Shown: positions 40,121-51,946, numbered from the whole stretch's first letter. The stretch is 63,279 bases of DNA, filler included, from Octopus bimaculoides (GCF_001194135.2; 8 parts of 6 records of this genome joined end to end with filler, not necessarily neighbours in it), one strand, 5' to 3'. The notes: generated by a model from the sequence alone, not told the origin. Translations and numbers: made by a program.

Positions 40121-41282
40121 TGTATGTATGTATGTATGTATATATGTATGTATGTATGTATGTACGTACGTATGTATGTGTGTGTGTAGGCACGCGTGTG
40201 TATGTATGTGTATGCATGGCCTAAATTCACCGCCTTTCATCTGACACCTACCCCACACATATATCCCACACCTCCCATCTTTAACTGTCCCTCCCCTCCA
40301 CCTCCCTACCTGTACACTGCCCAACTCAGTACCCTCACCACACACACACACACCATTTTCCAAGCACCCATACACACACTGTTCAATACAGTACTCACAC
40401 CACGCACCATTCCTCCCCACCCCCTCTCCCACACACTCACCCAAACATGCACTCATGCACTCCTTCCCACTCCACGCACGCTACCATCCAACACCACCCA
40501 GTATCCACACCACACCATCATGTGTAAAATATAAGCAATAAGAGTAAAACACGTCTATATACGCACATACCCGCATGCACGGACACATGCACACGCGCGC
40601 ACAAAAAATTCCATGTAATACAATACTATAACATGTAATCCAATACTATTCCTAAATTTCCTGAGCATGTATATCTGACTTTCCAAGTACGGGGTCTCAT
40701 AACTTAACTAACACAAGGCCTCATTTGTCCTAAATCCAGCACTGTTAAACAGTCCATTTTGTAGGCATATTAGTTCATCTTTTTTTTTTTTACTACTTGG
40801 AGAACGGATGGAAGAAAGAGTAAGAGAATGGACCTCTCTTTGTTGACAAGTAGACAAAAACTCGAGTTGTATAGTCCCCGCAGTGACACGTCATTACTGA
40901 AGTGCTCCTTTGGGGAAGACGCGAGGCAAAAGGAGCAAAGGAGGTAGAACTGTGCTTTGAGTTTAGGTACTGTATTTATACATGTTGGAAAGTTGCATGT
41001 AGGTCGGAGACGAATGGGAAGTAAATGAGCCTACCTCTGTAGAACTGTATGTAACCTAAGAATGCTCACATAAAACGACAGAACTCGTCTATGTTTGATA
41101 GTTGACCCTCATAAATTTCTAAGTGCAAATGTCGAGAACAATTGAAAGCAACTTGTAAAAAAATCTAGGTTTCAATTCCTGGCTCAGAATTTAAAAAGCG
41201 ATTCACTACAGATTTACATATGTAGGCGCGTATATTATCTATCTATCTATCTGTCTGTCTGTTTGTCTGGCTGGCTGACTGG

Positions 41283-41321
<39 letters not shown>

Positions 41322-41331
41322 NNNNNNNNNN

Positions 41332-41401
<70 letters not shown>

Positions 41402-41508
41402 ACACACGCACAATATACTGATCCGTGATAGAAAATTCAACAAAAAAGTTACTCTGTCTAGTGAGAGATAAATATTATTTATTTAAAAGTCACAATACAT
41501 ATATTAAA

Positions 41509-41561
41509 GCGCTACTAATAGTTTCATATGTTGAGAACCCTCAAACATAGTCTTCAGGCGC
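41509..41561 (-). ncRNA. Type I hammerhead ribozyme motif (left arm of inverted repeat)
   Basis: GCGC-CUGAAGA-cUAUGuUUGAGgguuCUCAACAUAu-GAAACU-AUU-AGUA-GCGC. Confidence 0.65.
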
Positions 41562-41633
41562 AAACCATATATCATAACGAATTAAAGAAATAGAATAATA
41601 ATAATTATTCAATTTCGTTATGATATGTGGTTT

Positions 41634-41686
41634 GCACCTGAAGAATACGTTTGAGTTTTCTCAACATATGAAACTATTAGTAGCGC
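41634..41686 (+). ncRNA. Type I hammerhead ribozyme motif (right arm of inverted repeat)
   Basis: GCaC-CUGAAGA-AUAcGuUUGAGuuuuCUCAACAUAU-GAAACU-AUU-AGUA-GCGC; one mismatch each in stems I and II. Confidence 0.6.
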
Positions 41687-41854
41687 TTTAGAATAAATTT
41701 ATGACTTTCTATGCCACAAAACACTGTTAAAATAATTTATTTTTTACTAGAACTTTCTCGTTTGTTCCAATAATCTTATCAGTAGTCATTTTTAAGTGTC
41801 ATAATGCTAGATTCTTCATTCAGCACTGAGACAACATAAAGTAGTGTCGTAACA

Positions 41855-42417
41855 ATGGCGAAAAGTGAAGAACTCACAAATTCAGTGAAAAACTTAATTA
41901 TTGAACAGTGAAAAGCAGGTAAAAGTTGCAAGAAAATATCAGAGACCCTTTGTATTCCAATTTCTACCATATCTTCATTTATTCAAAGATATAAAAAAAT
42001 CGGGAACTGTTGAAAACAGAATAAGACCTGGTGCACCACACAAGATTTCCCCTAGATCTTTAAGAAAAATGAAGCGAAGACTCGAAAAAAACACAATGAT
42101 CACCAGAAAGGAGTTGCAAGAAGATTTGTTAGTTTCATGGACTAGTGTTACACTATGAACAATCAGCAATGAACTTCATAGGAATGAACTGAAGCCATGC
42201 TCTCCTAGAAAAACTCCACTGTTGACTAAAAGGCGTAGAGATGCCCGTTTAAAATTTGTTTATGGACATAAAGATAAATCTGATACATTCTGGGAAAATG
42301 CTCTATGGACAGACAAGTCGAAAATTGAATTGTTTGGACGAAATTCGCGTAGCCATGTTTGTAGGAAAGATGGTACCGCCTATTCGCCGAAAAACACAAT
42401 TCCTACTGTAAAGTTTG
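41855..42417 (+). mobile_element. Tc1-like transposase pseudogene, 5' portion, cut by an assembly pad
   Basis: MAKSEELTNSVKNLII..ISETLCIPISTISSFIQRY / SGTVENRIRPGAPHKIS..PRKTPLLTKRRRDARLKF..FWENALWTDKSKIELFG..KNTIPTVKF: paired-type HTH, GRPR-like motif, first catalytic Asp (WSDE-like) and the Tc1 PTVK motif; contains stops and a frameshift. Confidence 0.92.
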
Positions 42418-42517
42418 NNNNNNNNNNNNNNNNNNNNNNNNNNNNNNNNNNNNNNNNNNNNTTAATTAATTAANNNNNNNNNNNNNNNNNNNNNNNNNNN
42501 NNNNNNNNNNNNNNNNN

Positions 42518-42548
<31 letters not shown>

Positions 42549-42580
42549 CTATATATATCTATATCTAGATATATATATAT

Positions 42581-42944
42581 TTTCTTTTATTCTTTTATTT
42601 GTTTCAGTCATTTGACTGCGACAATGGCGGAGTACCGCCTTTAGTCAGACAGATCAACACCAGGGCTTATTCTTTGTAAGCCTAATACTTATTCTACCGG
42701 TCTCTTTTGCCGAATCGCTAAGTTACAGCGACATAAACACACCAACATCAGTCATCAAGCAATGGTGGCTGGGACAAATAAAGACACACAAACATATACA
42801 TATATATAATGGGCTTCTTTCAGTTTCTGTCTACTAAATCCACTCACAAGGCTTTGGACAGCCTGAAGCTATAGTAGCAGACACTTGGCCAAAGTGCCAT
42901 GCAGTAGGACTGAACCCAGAACCCTGTGGTTGATAAGCAAGCTA
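42581..42944 (-). mobile_element. SINE family A, near full length, CpG-decayed
   Basis: Colinear with 43874-44288. Confidence 0.9.
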
Positions 42945-43836
42945 TTTTATTTCAATAATTAGCCATTGAGGCCTTACATAGAGTGCAAATAGCATGGCTG
43001 GACAAAGACATTAATGAACATAATGAAAGATGATAAAGATGAAAAATGAGAGGGGCGCCGACGCCCACTGATCGACTTCCCCTTGGAAACCTTGTTCAAA
43101 GCTTACACAATTAAAAATATAATATACAAATCAACAATGTTCAATTCAATGCCTTGTAAGCAGGCTCTCTGCCGCTATCAGGCAAACCCCCCATGGTCAA
43201 CTCTGCCTCAGTATTGAGGCACATGTACTCGAGGCTACAACAGGTGGCTGTGATCCCAGCACTGGTGCTACTGGTTATTATCTCTGCGGCCATTTGCTGA
43301 GGCCACCTTAAACTGTTTGCGCAAGCTGTAAAGGATCTATCCGGTCTGCATTCACAGTCCAAGTGCTCCTCAACCTTCCCACCCCCAAGGTACAGGAGGA
43401 CAAACTCCTCCTCCTCCTCAGAGTGGGGGGGATCTCACCTTGTCCTGCCAGCGGCATAATTCCCGCTGGCAGGGTCTCCCTCTCCAGCGGCACATTTCCC
43501 ACCAGAGTGGTCACGGGTTCGGTCCGCTGCACATAAACGTCCACTTCCCGTTTCTCTTTTTCTTCTTTTTCTTTTTGTTAATGGTTTCTGAGGTTGGGGC
43601 CTTCCTCGGCACACCCGAGGGGACCTCCACCTCCCACACNNNNNNNNNNNNNNNNNNNNNNNNNNNNNNNNNNNNNNNNNNNNNNNNNNNNNNNNNNNNN
43701 NNNNNNNNNNNNNNNNNNNNNNNNNNNNNNNNNNNNNNNNNNNNNTTTTCATGGAGGCAGAAGCCTCCACGACTTTCTCCGTCTCCCCCTCCAATAAGCA
43801 AGCCATTTACCACATAGCCACTCCTGCACCTCTATA

Positions 43837-43873
<37 letters not shown>

Positions 43874-43875
<2 letters not shown>

Positions 43876-44288
43876 TCTTTACTCTTTACTCTTTTACTTG
43901 TTTCAGTCATTTGACTGTGGCCATGCCGGAGCACCGCCTTTAGTCGAGCAAATCGACCCTAGGACTTATTCTTTGGAAGCCTAGTACTTATTCTATAGAT
44001 CTCTTTTGCCGAACCGCTAAGTTACGGGAACGTAAACATGCCACCATCAGTTGTCAAGCGATGTTGGGGAACAAACACACACACAAACATATACACACAC
44101 ATACATCTATATATATACATATATACGACGGGCTTCTTTGAGTTTCAGTCTACCAAATCCACTCACAAAGCTTTGGTCGGCCCGAGGCTATAATAGAAGA
44201 TTCATTCTCAAAGTGCCACACAATGGGAATGAACCCGGAACTATGTGGTTGGTAAGCGAGCTACTTACCACACAGCCACTCCTGCGCC
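43874..44288 (-). mobile_element. SINE family A, best-preserved full-length copy (a 5' fragment also lies at 43792-43831)
   Basis: Minus strand ggcgcaggagtggctgtgtggtaagtagc..ttccgggttcattcccattg..gaagcccgtcg-(microsatellite)-ccaacatcgcttgacaac..aagtactaggc..gtcctagggtcgatttgctcgactaaaggcggtgctcc..atgactgaaacaagtaaaagagtaaagagta. Confidence 0.93.
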
Positions 44289-44577
44289 TATAGCTGTATC
44301 TACTTTGAGCACCCACGTTAAAGCAATTTATTTCAAATCTTTTGAAGATTCTAAATAAAAATTCTCATAATATAGACAACTCACACATACACAAACACAC
44401 ACGAACACAAACACACACACGCATGCACACACACACACACACACACACACACAGATGTATAAATATGTGTGTGTGTTTGTGTGTGACTTGTGTGTTTTGC
44501 CATATTTGCATGGACATCTTGAGCAGAACATCATACCACTTGCTGCAGATATATCTTTTCATTATCTTTATAGTATA

Positions 44578-45150
44578 GATGCAGGTGTGGCTGTGTGGTA
44601 AGAAGTTTGCTTTGCAACCACATGGATATGAGTTCGATCCCACTGCATGGCACCTTGGATAAGTGTTGTCTTCTATTAGTGAATGGATCTGGTCGATAGA
44701 ACATGAAAGAAGCCCATCATATATATGTACATATGTATCTATGTGTGTGTGTCTTTGTGTCTGTAATTTTACCCCCATCACCACTTGAGAACCAGAGTCG
44801 GTTTGTTTACATCCACATAACTTAGCAGACAGAATGTTAGAACGATATTCTTTTACTTGTTTCAGTAATTTGACTGGTCATACTGGAGCACCACCTTAAA
44901 GGGTTTTAGTGGAAGAAATTGATTCCAGGACTTATTCTTTGTAAGTCTAGTACTTATTCTATCGGTCTCTTTTGCTGAACCGATAAGTTACAAAGACATA
45001 AACACATCCAGCAAAAGAGACTGATAGAATAAGTACTAATCTAAAAAATTGATCTGGATGTCAATTTGCTTAACTAAAATCCCTCAGGGTGTTGCTCCAG
45101 CATGGTCATTGTCAAATAACTAAAACAAGTAAAAGAATAAAAGAATAAGA
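44578..45150 (+). mobile_element. SINE family A interrupted by an oppositely oriented 3' fragment of the same family (44847-45010)
   Basis: The plus copy runs to cataacttagcag (about 44825) and resumes at cagcaaaagagactgatagaataag (about 45010); the insert is the reverse complement of the family 3' end. Confidence 0.8.
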
Positions 45151-46409
45151 ATAGTACTATTTTGCAGAAAAAAGTGTAGGTGGTTAGCTGTCCACAGCTA
45201 ACCACCTACGCTTTTTTCTGCAAAATAGGGGTAGTTTATCCTGTTCAGGCTATATTATTAGCATTATCCTGCGTTTGAGAATTTAAAATCACTTCTTTAA
45301 CCTTCTAAGACATCTCAACGCCTCTAAAAGCAAACTTCGTTTGTTTGTTTACGTTTGTCGTAATTTGAATTTAATAAGAATAGTATTTCAAACACCTGAG
45401 ATCAGTTTTCACCAATTCTTCCCATATCTTCATTTGTTCTACTCTAACACAGGTTGCTTCTATTTGGTTGGCAATGCACTCTTTCATGCAAAGTACATCC
45501 TCTTGTATACATCATGTATTCCAGAAATGAACTGGAAGAAGACTGAGCATAAGGGGAATCAGATCATAGCATGCAAAGCAGAAAACTTAGTTGGTAAGGT
45601 CAAAAGTTGTATATTAAGAATGACAGATGGGTTATATCATAAGTTCATACTCTTTTACAAATATCCAAATCAATATATACACTTGTCTATCAATTAATTT
45701 TAAGTTACAATATATTCTGAGCCATGTTCTGAAGCAATTTTAGCTTTCTGAAGTCAGTCTCCTGCTATATCAGCTGAAGAATTGCAATACCAATATTCTT
45801 GGCATACATTCAGTTTCAGTACAGTAAAGGCCATACAGGAATAACAGAGTATGTATGTGTGTGGGTATGTACATACAATATACATAATTGTGTGTGAGTG
45901 TGTGTATAATGATATATATATCTATATATATATATATATAATCACAAATATATAGGGATTGACAGTAACCTGCTTCTCCAACATACTGAGAATTCAGAAA
46001 TAGCAGTCAAAGAACTACTGATTTCAAAACTACAAATCATTACTCCAGATCGACAGCGATATTCCCTGTTTTTTGTTCTGTGTGTATCGGGAATATCGCT
46101 GTCGATCTGGAGTAATGATTTGTAGTTTTGAAATCAGTAGTTCTTTGNNNNNNNNNNNNNNNNNNNNNNNNNNNNNNNNNNNNNNNNNNNNTTAATTAAT
46201 TAANNNNNNNNNNNNNNNNNNNNNNNNNNNNNNNNNNNNNNNNNNNNACTGCACACATTCTACGCAAAACACTTTCAATACAGTAAACATAAGAGCACCA
46301 CAGCAAACCACAGCACATACCCAAGGCACACAGAGCTGCGCTCGGTAGTGAAGTGAAAGCACGTTATAAAAATAAAACTACTGAACAATAATAATAATAA
46401 TAATAATAA

Positions 46410-46600
46410 TCATCATCCTTTCCACTTTAAGCACAAGTCCTGAAATTTTGGAAGCGGAGTATGTTGATCACATCAACCCCAGGATGAAAGGATGAAAGAC
46501 AAAGTTGACCTCGGAGGAATTTGAACTCAGAATGCAGTGATAGGCAAAATACCACTAAGCATTTTACCTACCGTGCTAATGATTTTGTCAGCTCACCACC
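46410..46600 (-). mobile_element. SINE family B
   Basis: gaaaggatgaaagacaaagttgacctcggaggaatttgaactcagaatg..aaataccactaagcattttacc..gtgctaatgattttgtcagctcacc. Confidence 0.85.
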
Positions 46601-46612
46601 TTAATAATAATA

Positions 46613-46923
46613 AGATATGACAGGTTAGCTTTGGAGGTTAAGCAGTTGTGGTCGATGAAAAAGGTGGTAGTAGTACCGATAATTGTCGGAGCCCTGGGAA
46701 CAGTGAGTAAATATCTTGAGAAGTACATGGAACAAATAGGGGTTGCAATAAGGGTGGAGCACTTGCAGAACACAGCACTGCTTGGAACCACTCAAATACT
46801 CTAGAAGGTGCTCGAAAAATAAGGGGTGTTACCTTAGTTCACTGGTAGTGAACAGCTGACACCGTAGTACATCTTCAGCATTAGAAGCTGTACAAAGGCA
46901 ATAATAATAATAATAATAATAAA
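46613..46923 (+). mobile_element. 5'-truncated R4/Dong-like LINE: endonuclease C-terminus, 3' UTR and (AAT)n tail
   Basis: RYDRLALEVKQLWSMKKVVVVPIIVGALGTVSKYLEKYMEQIGVAIRVEHLQNTALLGTTQIL*KVLEK* (46613-46822); about 78-nt UTR; (aat)n from 46900. Confidence 0.9.
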
Positions 46924-47363
46924 TGATGATGCAAAGTGAAGTCAACTTTCACAAGATATTTGAATCCATAATTAAATACAACATTCGACTGGTTTCTCCA
47001 CCTCCGTACATAGATTTTTGCCCAACGCTCTGGTAATTTTGTCATCCAGCTTACCATAAGAAGACTAAAAAGACAATATGTTTCACTTACTTCAAATATA
47101 ATTACAAATGATAACCGTGAAGCTAGAAGTCTCCAGAAGAATATCGTATAATGGCCTTCTTTGCCCCGGAATGCAAAATATCTGGAAAAGATTGGATACA
47201 ATGATATTTAGATATTTAGCAGCGCAGTTCATCTGAGGAAATGGTGGTGACTATATACAAACAAAGCATGTAGCACATACACAATATACATACATGCATA
47301 TACACACAAATACATGTATATGTGTAAATATTCATCTAAATGTGTGTGTGTGCATATTGCCTT

Positions 47364-47610
47364 CGAAACCTGGAGTAGATGGACAGGGACATCTGATGAA
47401 GGGATATACTCTTTATGTTGCATGTCTCATTTCTCTGTTTGTTTTTTTTCGTTGTTCAAAAAGAGTTCATTTTCTGTTTTCGTTTTTATGTTTTTGTTTT
47501 TCGTTTCTCATTGTGTTTAACGTTTTTTTGATGTCCTGTACCCATATATGCATGTATGTATATATACATATAGATGTAGGTATGTACATATATGTATGGA
47601 TATATGCATA
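47364..47610 (+). repeat. Fragment of the 4464-5311 repeat family
   Basis: cgaaac..gta..ctgatgaaggg..ctttatgttg.. and tgatgtcctgtacccatatatgcatg..agatgtaggtatgtacata. Confidence 0.65.
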
Positions 47611-48145
47611 TATCTATAAAGCTAGTATGATTCTTGTGATATTATGCTTTTCAAGACTGGCTGACCAATGCCCTTTCATCTATTGCTGTGTTAATGATGA
47701 ATGTAAGTAAGGTTAGTATGGTTCTCATGATATTGTGCATTTCAGACCTTGCTGACTGTTGCATTTTCATGCAGTACTGCATTGTACAGGAAGTTTAAAG
47801 TGTAACTGTACTTCCCACTTCCCACACAACCATTCAGCTTAGTATTGTGACACACATAGCAAGAATGAGTATGTGAAACATGTAATTTAACAATACGAGT
47901 ATTCTAAAACTGACCTGCATTCTTCAGATAAAGTTCCATTTGGAGAATATGCTAAAGTGAAGTTGGTGTATCCCTCCAGATCATAGCTATGAGTGTACTG
48001 GTAGAGCATTTTCGGAAGGAATTCAGACGTGAACGCAATCAGGAATGCCTGCAATGTTTATAAAACAAAACTTTATTACAAGGAAAACAGGGACTGGTAG
48101 ATAGGTTATTTTGTTGTTATTCAAGACATTTTGTGTGGTGGTTAT

Positions 48146-48845
48146 CAATGGTGGTTCCAGAAATTCCAAGCAGGAAACTACAGCCTAGAAGATGAGCCTT
48201 GTCCTGGAAGATCTGTAGGTCTCGATGAGGACGTCCTACAAACCCTGGAGGAACAAAATCCCATCCTAACTGCTGAGGAACTAGAAGAGACACTTGGATT
48301 TGGTCATTCAAACCATTCATCATCACCTGCGTGCCATCGGAAAAGTCAGAAAATTGGGTCAATGGGTTCCTCACAAACTTTCCGAGTCTAATCGCACGCA
48401 GAGAGTGAATGTGTGATTTTCTTTGTTGCCATGTCTCATGAATGAACCTTGTTTAGACCGAATAGTGACTGGTGATGAAAAATGGGTTCTCTATAAAGAT
48501 GTCAGATGCCAAAGAGAAACACTGGCACTTCAGGCTTAAGAAGGTCTTCACCCATGTAAGGTGTTGTTGTCTGTTTGGTGGGATATGAAAGGTTTAGTTC
48601 ATTTTGAACTTTTAAACCCAAACCAAATGATAAAAGAGATCTACTGTGAGCAGCTTAAGTCAGCGCTAGAAGAAAGATGACCATCTTTGGTTTCAAAACG
48701 AAAGGTGTTCTTCCATCAGGAAAATGCTTGGCCACATACAGCGAGGATGACATTCCAAAGGCTGGAACAATTTGTATGGGAAATGGTGCCCCACCCACCC
48801 TGTTTGCTGGACATTGCTCCATCTAATTATCATTCATTCTGCAGT
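48146..48845 (+). mobile_element. Mariner (DD34D-type) transposase pseudogene, cut by an assembly pad
   Basis: QWWFQKFQAGNYSLEDEPCPGRS.. / ..GQWVPHKLSESNR..LDRIVTGDEKWVLY..LHPCKVLLSVWWDMKG..FHQENAWPHTA..PHPPCLLDIAPSNYHSF: degenerate WVPHEL, IVTGDEKW, HDNARPH and YSPDLAP motifs. Confidence 0.93.
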
Positions 48846-48952
48846 NNNNNNNNNNNNNNNNNNNNNNNNNNNNNNNNNNNNNNNNNNNNTTAATTAATTA
48901 ANNNNNNNNNNNNNNNNNNNNNNNNNNNNNNNNNNNNNNNNNNNNAAATAAC

Positions 48953-49072
48953 CTCACTCACAAGGCTTTGGACGGCCCGAGGCTAAAGTAGAAAACACTT
49001 GCCGAAGGTGCCAGGCAATGGGACTGAACGCAGAAGCATGTGGTTGGGAAGCAAGCTTCTTACCACACACCC
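48953..49072 (-). mobile_element. SINE family A, 5' half
   Basis: actcacaaggctttggacggcccgaggctaaagtagaaaacacttgccgaaggtgcc..gggactgaac..tgtggttgggaagcaagcttcttaccacac. Confidence 0.88.
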
Positions 49073-51667
49073 ATGGTATTTATTACGGTACTGTAGGTTC
49101 TAAGTTCAAATTCCACCGAAATGAACTTCGCTTTTTCTTTTCATCGCGAGTGGGGGGGGGGGGCATAAAATATAGACCGGAATTCTGCTCTTAAGCACCC
49201 CAACACCCCATAACTTTTTTTTTTTTTTCTTTTGTGCATTTCCAGAAAATGTTTGCGAATTTATATTCTACACACGGCAATTCATGCGACTAAGAAAACA
49301 TGTTTTTAAATATATTTCTTTAATTGCGGACCATCCATTAAATATATGAGGACGGTATCAGGTGGTCGTGAGATGTGCTAAAAATTACGACTAAATAGCC
49401 CTTAAATCACACGTAAATTTTTTTCTTTTCGTTTTTTTCCCTAGTTGTATGAATTCTCATGTGTTAGAACAGAATTTCGTAAACACTTTATGAAAATTCC
49501 ACAAAATAAAGAAGTTGTGAGGTGCCCGAGGGGCAGAATTCCGCCTGAAGTTCATGGTATTGACAACCCTCTCCCCTTCGAAATTACTGTTCTTGTACCT
49601 GTATTAGAAATAATTACGATAGATATTTGTGAAAAGTAAAAAAGTTATACACCATTTAAAGTTAAGTTTGTACGGACATCGAGGACCAAAGTTAAGATCT
49701 ATATAAAATCGATATGAAGGCCTCAAGTATCTGAAAAGCATTTCTAATGCATGGTGTGTACTTGTTTATAAAATATACTATAAAGCAGTATTTACATCAA
49801 TTTCTTTAGTTTTATTAAATCTCAGTAATTTAAATACACGACGTCATAAGTGTGGGACTGTTTTATCTAGCCTTCAGGGACATCTTTCGCATTAAGATCG
49901 CACAATGAAAGTGAGATAATTTGGCATTAAACTTCAATGAAATAATAAAAGTTTTATGTATTTGTAAAATAACGAAAAGCTCGAGCTGGTTTATTCTGAA
50001 AAAAACTGATTTATCCGAATATGAAAGATATTTCGTTTGGGGAACATTTTAAAGTGCAGGATTACAACAAACAGATTAAAATGTTTATTTAATACTTTTA
50101 AACAAAGACTTAATCGTTTCACTTACCCTGCAAAACAAGACTATTTTTGTACATACCTGGTTTTGTTTTGTGTGGTGTGTGTGTATGTGTGCGTGTGTTC
50201 TTTTCGCAAAGTCGAAATTTGTGCTGCTTAAAACATACAGAAGCGAAGAAATTGCGGTTGTTGGCACATGAATATAATTTTGGTAAATTCCGACTCTATA
50301 ATTTAGGGTTACCAAATATTTCACTGCGTATCAAACGGAAACTGTCGAAATAGTAGCACTTGCCCGATATACAAATAAAACTTGGACGGTGAAAAGAATG
50401 TTTTAACAGACTTTGTGGTAATGCTTGTACTATTTTATTCTTGTACTAATTCCAGTCATTTGACTGCGGCCATGCTGGAGGTACAAACAGAACAAGGACT
50501 GTCCAACACAGCCGAAAGATAGTTAGATAGGTAGACAGACAGATATGTATATATATATATATATATGTATTTACCTGCATTGTTAACCGAAGTCACTGCC
50601 ACATAACATAAGAACAAGCTGGAGATTATTAGAAGGACCTTCATGATAACGTGTTGGGTTGGTCTATGGTGAGAATTCAATTAAATTAATAGAAATTGTT
50701 TATATCCTGTTGTGTGTTTGTTTGTGCTGAAAGTTTCATTTTAGTTGTTCGTATATTTTTTTGTTTGTTATGTGTACGTGAAAGCTGTATAATAAAAGCG
50801 TTTAGATAGAAACGGTAGGAGAAAGAAACTGAAACAGAGAGAGAGTGTGTGTATATGAGAGAGAGAGTTATCAAGTAGAAAATAGTAATAGTGTATGAAA
50901 TTATGTTAAAGAGGGAGAGAGAGAGAGAATGAGTCAGAGAGACGGACAAGAAAAGCGTGTGGAAGTTTGATAAATTAATGAGAGAAAAAGGATGGGCAGG
51001 ACGAGAAAGAAAGAAAGAAAGAGATGTAACGGTAGAGAGAGAAAAGAAGACAGAAAGGAAAAATGTAGAACGAAAGAAAGGAAAACAGAGAGGTCGACAA
51101 TAGTGAAATAGTGTTTGTGATTTCGGTAGCGGCAGTGATTTCAACGGACTTTCTTTGATAACTGAAAAGGATTTTTTTGTTTTTGTTGTTTTTTTACCTG
51201 ATTAGCCCAGCAGATGATAAGGGGCTGTTGACATAGTCACGTAAGTTGTCTGGCTACAACGTATTAAAGATATGCAGTAAAGGGCCACTTCGTCGTTGCT
51301 TCGATGTAGGTGTGGATTGACGGCGAAAAAAACTGACGGGTGACAAAATATTGCCAAGGATTTCGCTTGAAGAACACCGAATTTTGTAAAGGTTTTTTTC
51401 TCTTCGGTATTCCCGCCAGTGCTTACAACTTGGATACACGCACATATATTTATATATACGCCACCAAATTGAACAATTTATGGATTAAGGCATCGAAATT
51501 ATGATGATTTTTGATCGATAACTGACGAGGGATCCTTTTTTACGTACAGCCCTTCGTCGACCTCCTGTGACACATTTTAACATCTATCTATCTATGAAAG
51601 TGATTAGTGTTTATGCACGAAATTCTGCTTTTGAATAATTTTCGTAAATTCTGCCGATTAATAATAA

Positions 51668-51899
51668 TACTCTTTTACTTGTTTCAGTCATTTGACTGTG
51701 GCCATGCTGGAGCACCGCCTTTTAGTCGAGCTAATCGACCCTAGGACTTATTCTTTGTAAGCCTAGTACTTACTATATCGGTCTCTTAGCCGAACCGCTA
51801 AGTTACGGGGGCGTAAACACACCAGCATCGGTTGTCAAGCAATGTTGGGGGGACAGACACACAAACATANNNNNNNNNNNNNNNNNNNNNNNNNNNNNN

Positions 51900-51946
<47 letters not shown>

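Noticed and set aside
42518-48845. Apparent CpG depletion suggesting a methylated gene body
   Set aside because: The neighbouring SINE at 43874-44288 keeps its CpGs, so element age explains it equally well; not quantifiable by eye.
50118-50145. Minus-strand ttgttttgcag-G-gtaagt as a 1-nt microexon or recursive splice site
   Set aside because: Single motif, not an exact AG|GT junction, no gene context; chance occurrence is likely.
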